A DNA stretch of 63,947 nt, filler included, from Barthelona sp. PAP020 (lineage: Eukaryota), in assembly GCA_040182905.1 (NCBI GenBank). It is 4 parts of 4 records of this genome, joined end to end, with 100 filler letters (N's around TTAATTAATTAA, not from the genome) between each part and the next. Parts side by side here need not be neighbours in the genome. Positions count along the whole stretch, not along the records: positions 49,873 to 63,947 come from JARQWU010000306.1; 3 more parts are not named here. One strand, 5' to 3'. The position numbers and the translations under genes were made by a program. The notes below the pieces were generated by a model that saw only the letters and a program-made list of their open reading frames with translations, had not been told where the DNA came from and ran no database searches. How positions within the stretch are numbered: the first letter of the stretch is position 1; each line of letters starts with the position of its first letter. Below are positions 63,501 to 63,947 of the stretch, piece after piece.

Positions 63501-63947
63501 TTATTCTGTATCAGCTGATGCTTCTTCATTCTTGGAAGAATCATTACTTAGCATAGCAGGCACTTGTGCATTCATTAAAGTCATAAGTTTTGCCAAACCT
63601 TCAGTTGGACCATCATCTCGAGCAGAAACATGGACTGAGTATTTTGCAGTTGAATCAGTCTTTCGCTCAGTTCTTGTTGAAGCTGATAAAACTCCAGTCA
63701 TATTTACGTTACTGCTTCGTAAAGAATTAGAACTGGAATAAGAATATCCAGAACCAGAAGAAGAAGAAGATGCTTGTTGAGATGTGGAAGATGATTCTGT
63801 TTCCTGGTTTTTATTTGATTCTGAAGTATCAGATGTAACAGTTGATACTTCAAAATTAAAATTTATATCTACACTTTTAACTTGAAGTGAAGGAACATGA
63901 ACCAAAGCTAACTTAGGTACATTTAAAATGACTTGTTTTTTTGAAAC
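63501..63947 (-). CDS. DUF2589 family protein, 3' part (5' end beyond the window)
   Basis: Frame is open to the window edge: VSKKQVILNVPKLALVHVPSLQVKSVDINFNFEV...Ser/Thr-rich...GVLSASTRTERKTDSTAKYSVHVSA...PTEGLAKLMTLM, the DUF2589 C-terminal signature. Confidence 0.75.
   Translation of the reverse strand, partial: VSKKQVILNVPKLALVHVPSLQVKSVDINFNFEVSTVTSDTSESNKNQETESSSTSQQASSSSSGSGYSYSSSNSLRSSNVNMTGVLSASTRTERKTDSTAKYSVHVSARDDGPTEGLAKLMTLMNAQVPAMLSNDSSKNEEASADTE

Noticed and set aside
358..63741. Many 60-160 aa ORFs antisense to or overlapping long genes (e.g. 17189-17554, 43523-43996, 50709-51080, 63125-63484)
   Set aside because: Shadow ORFs of real CDSs with no recognisable motifs; several start at non-ATG codons
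1..63947. Alternative genetic code, CRISPR array, rRNA or prokaryotic operon
   Set aside because: Conserved genes read through without internal stops and end in TAA, TAG or TGA; no repeat-spacer arrays or rRNA-like sequence; gene content and introns are eukaryotic

Overview
AT-rich, gene-dense, intron-poor eukaryotic (protist) DNA read in the standard genetic code. It is not one locus. Four contigs (1-16566, 16667-33230, 33331-49772, 49873->63947) are joined by artificial 100-nt N spacers carrying a TTAATTAATTAA six-frame-stop linker, and the first three fall in descending length order. About 30 complete genes and several contig-edge fragments can be supported. Most are housekeeping (TAF2, ADAT2, AlaRS, RPL6, UEV, LSM8, IWS1, CAF-1 p60, SRPRA, SRP14), trafficking (BEACH-FYVE, AP-5 mu-like, CCDC93) or flagellar genes (BBS8, PIERCE1, MAK kinase, IFT25-like). 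Flagellar genes, an archaeal-type AlaRS, DPE2 and tiny introns with a branch point next to the acceptor suggest a free-living metamonad-like flagellate (inference). The most interesting items are a DEK1-like multi-pass membrane pseudo-calpain, a DUF2589 gene of bacterial type, an uncharacterised macrodomain/PARG-like enzyme, five short introns missed by the ORF track (strong branch points, degenerate donors) and a decayed DIRS-type retroelement. All family calls come from motif recognition by eye; no searches were run. No rRNA, tRNA or CRISPR array was seen.
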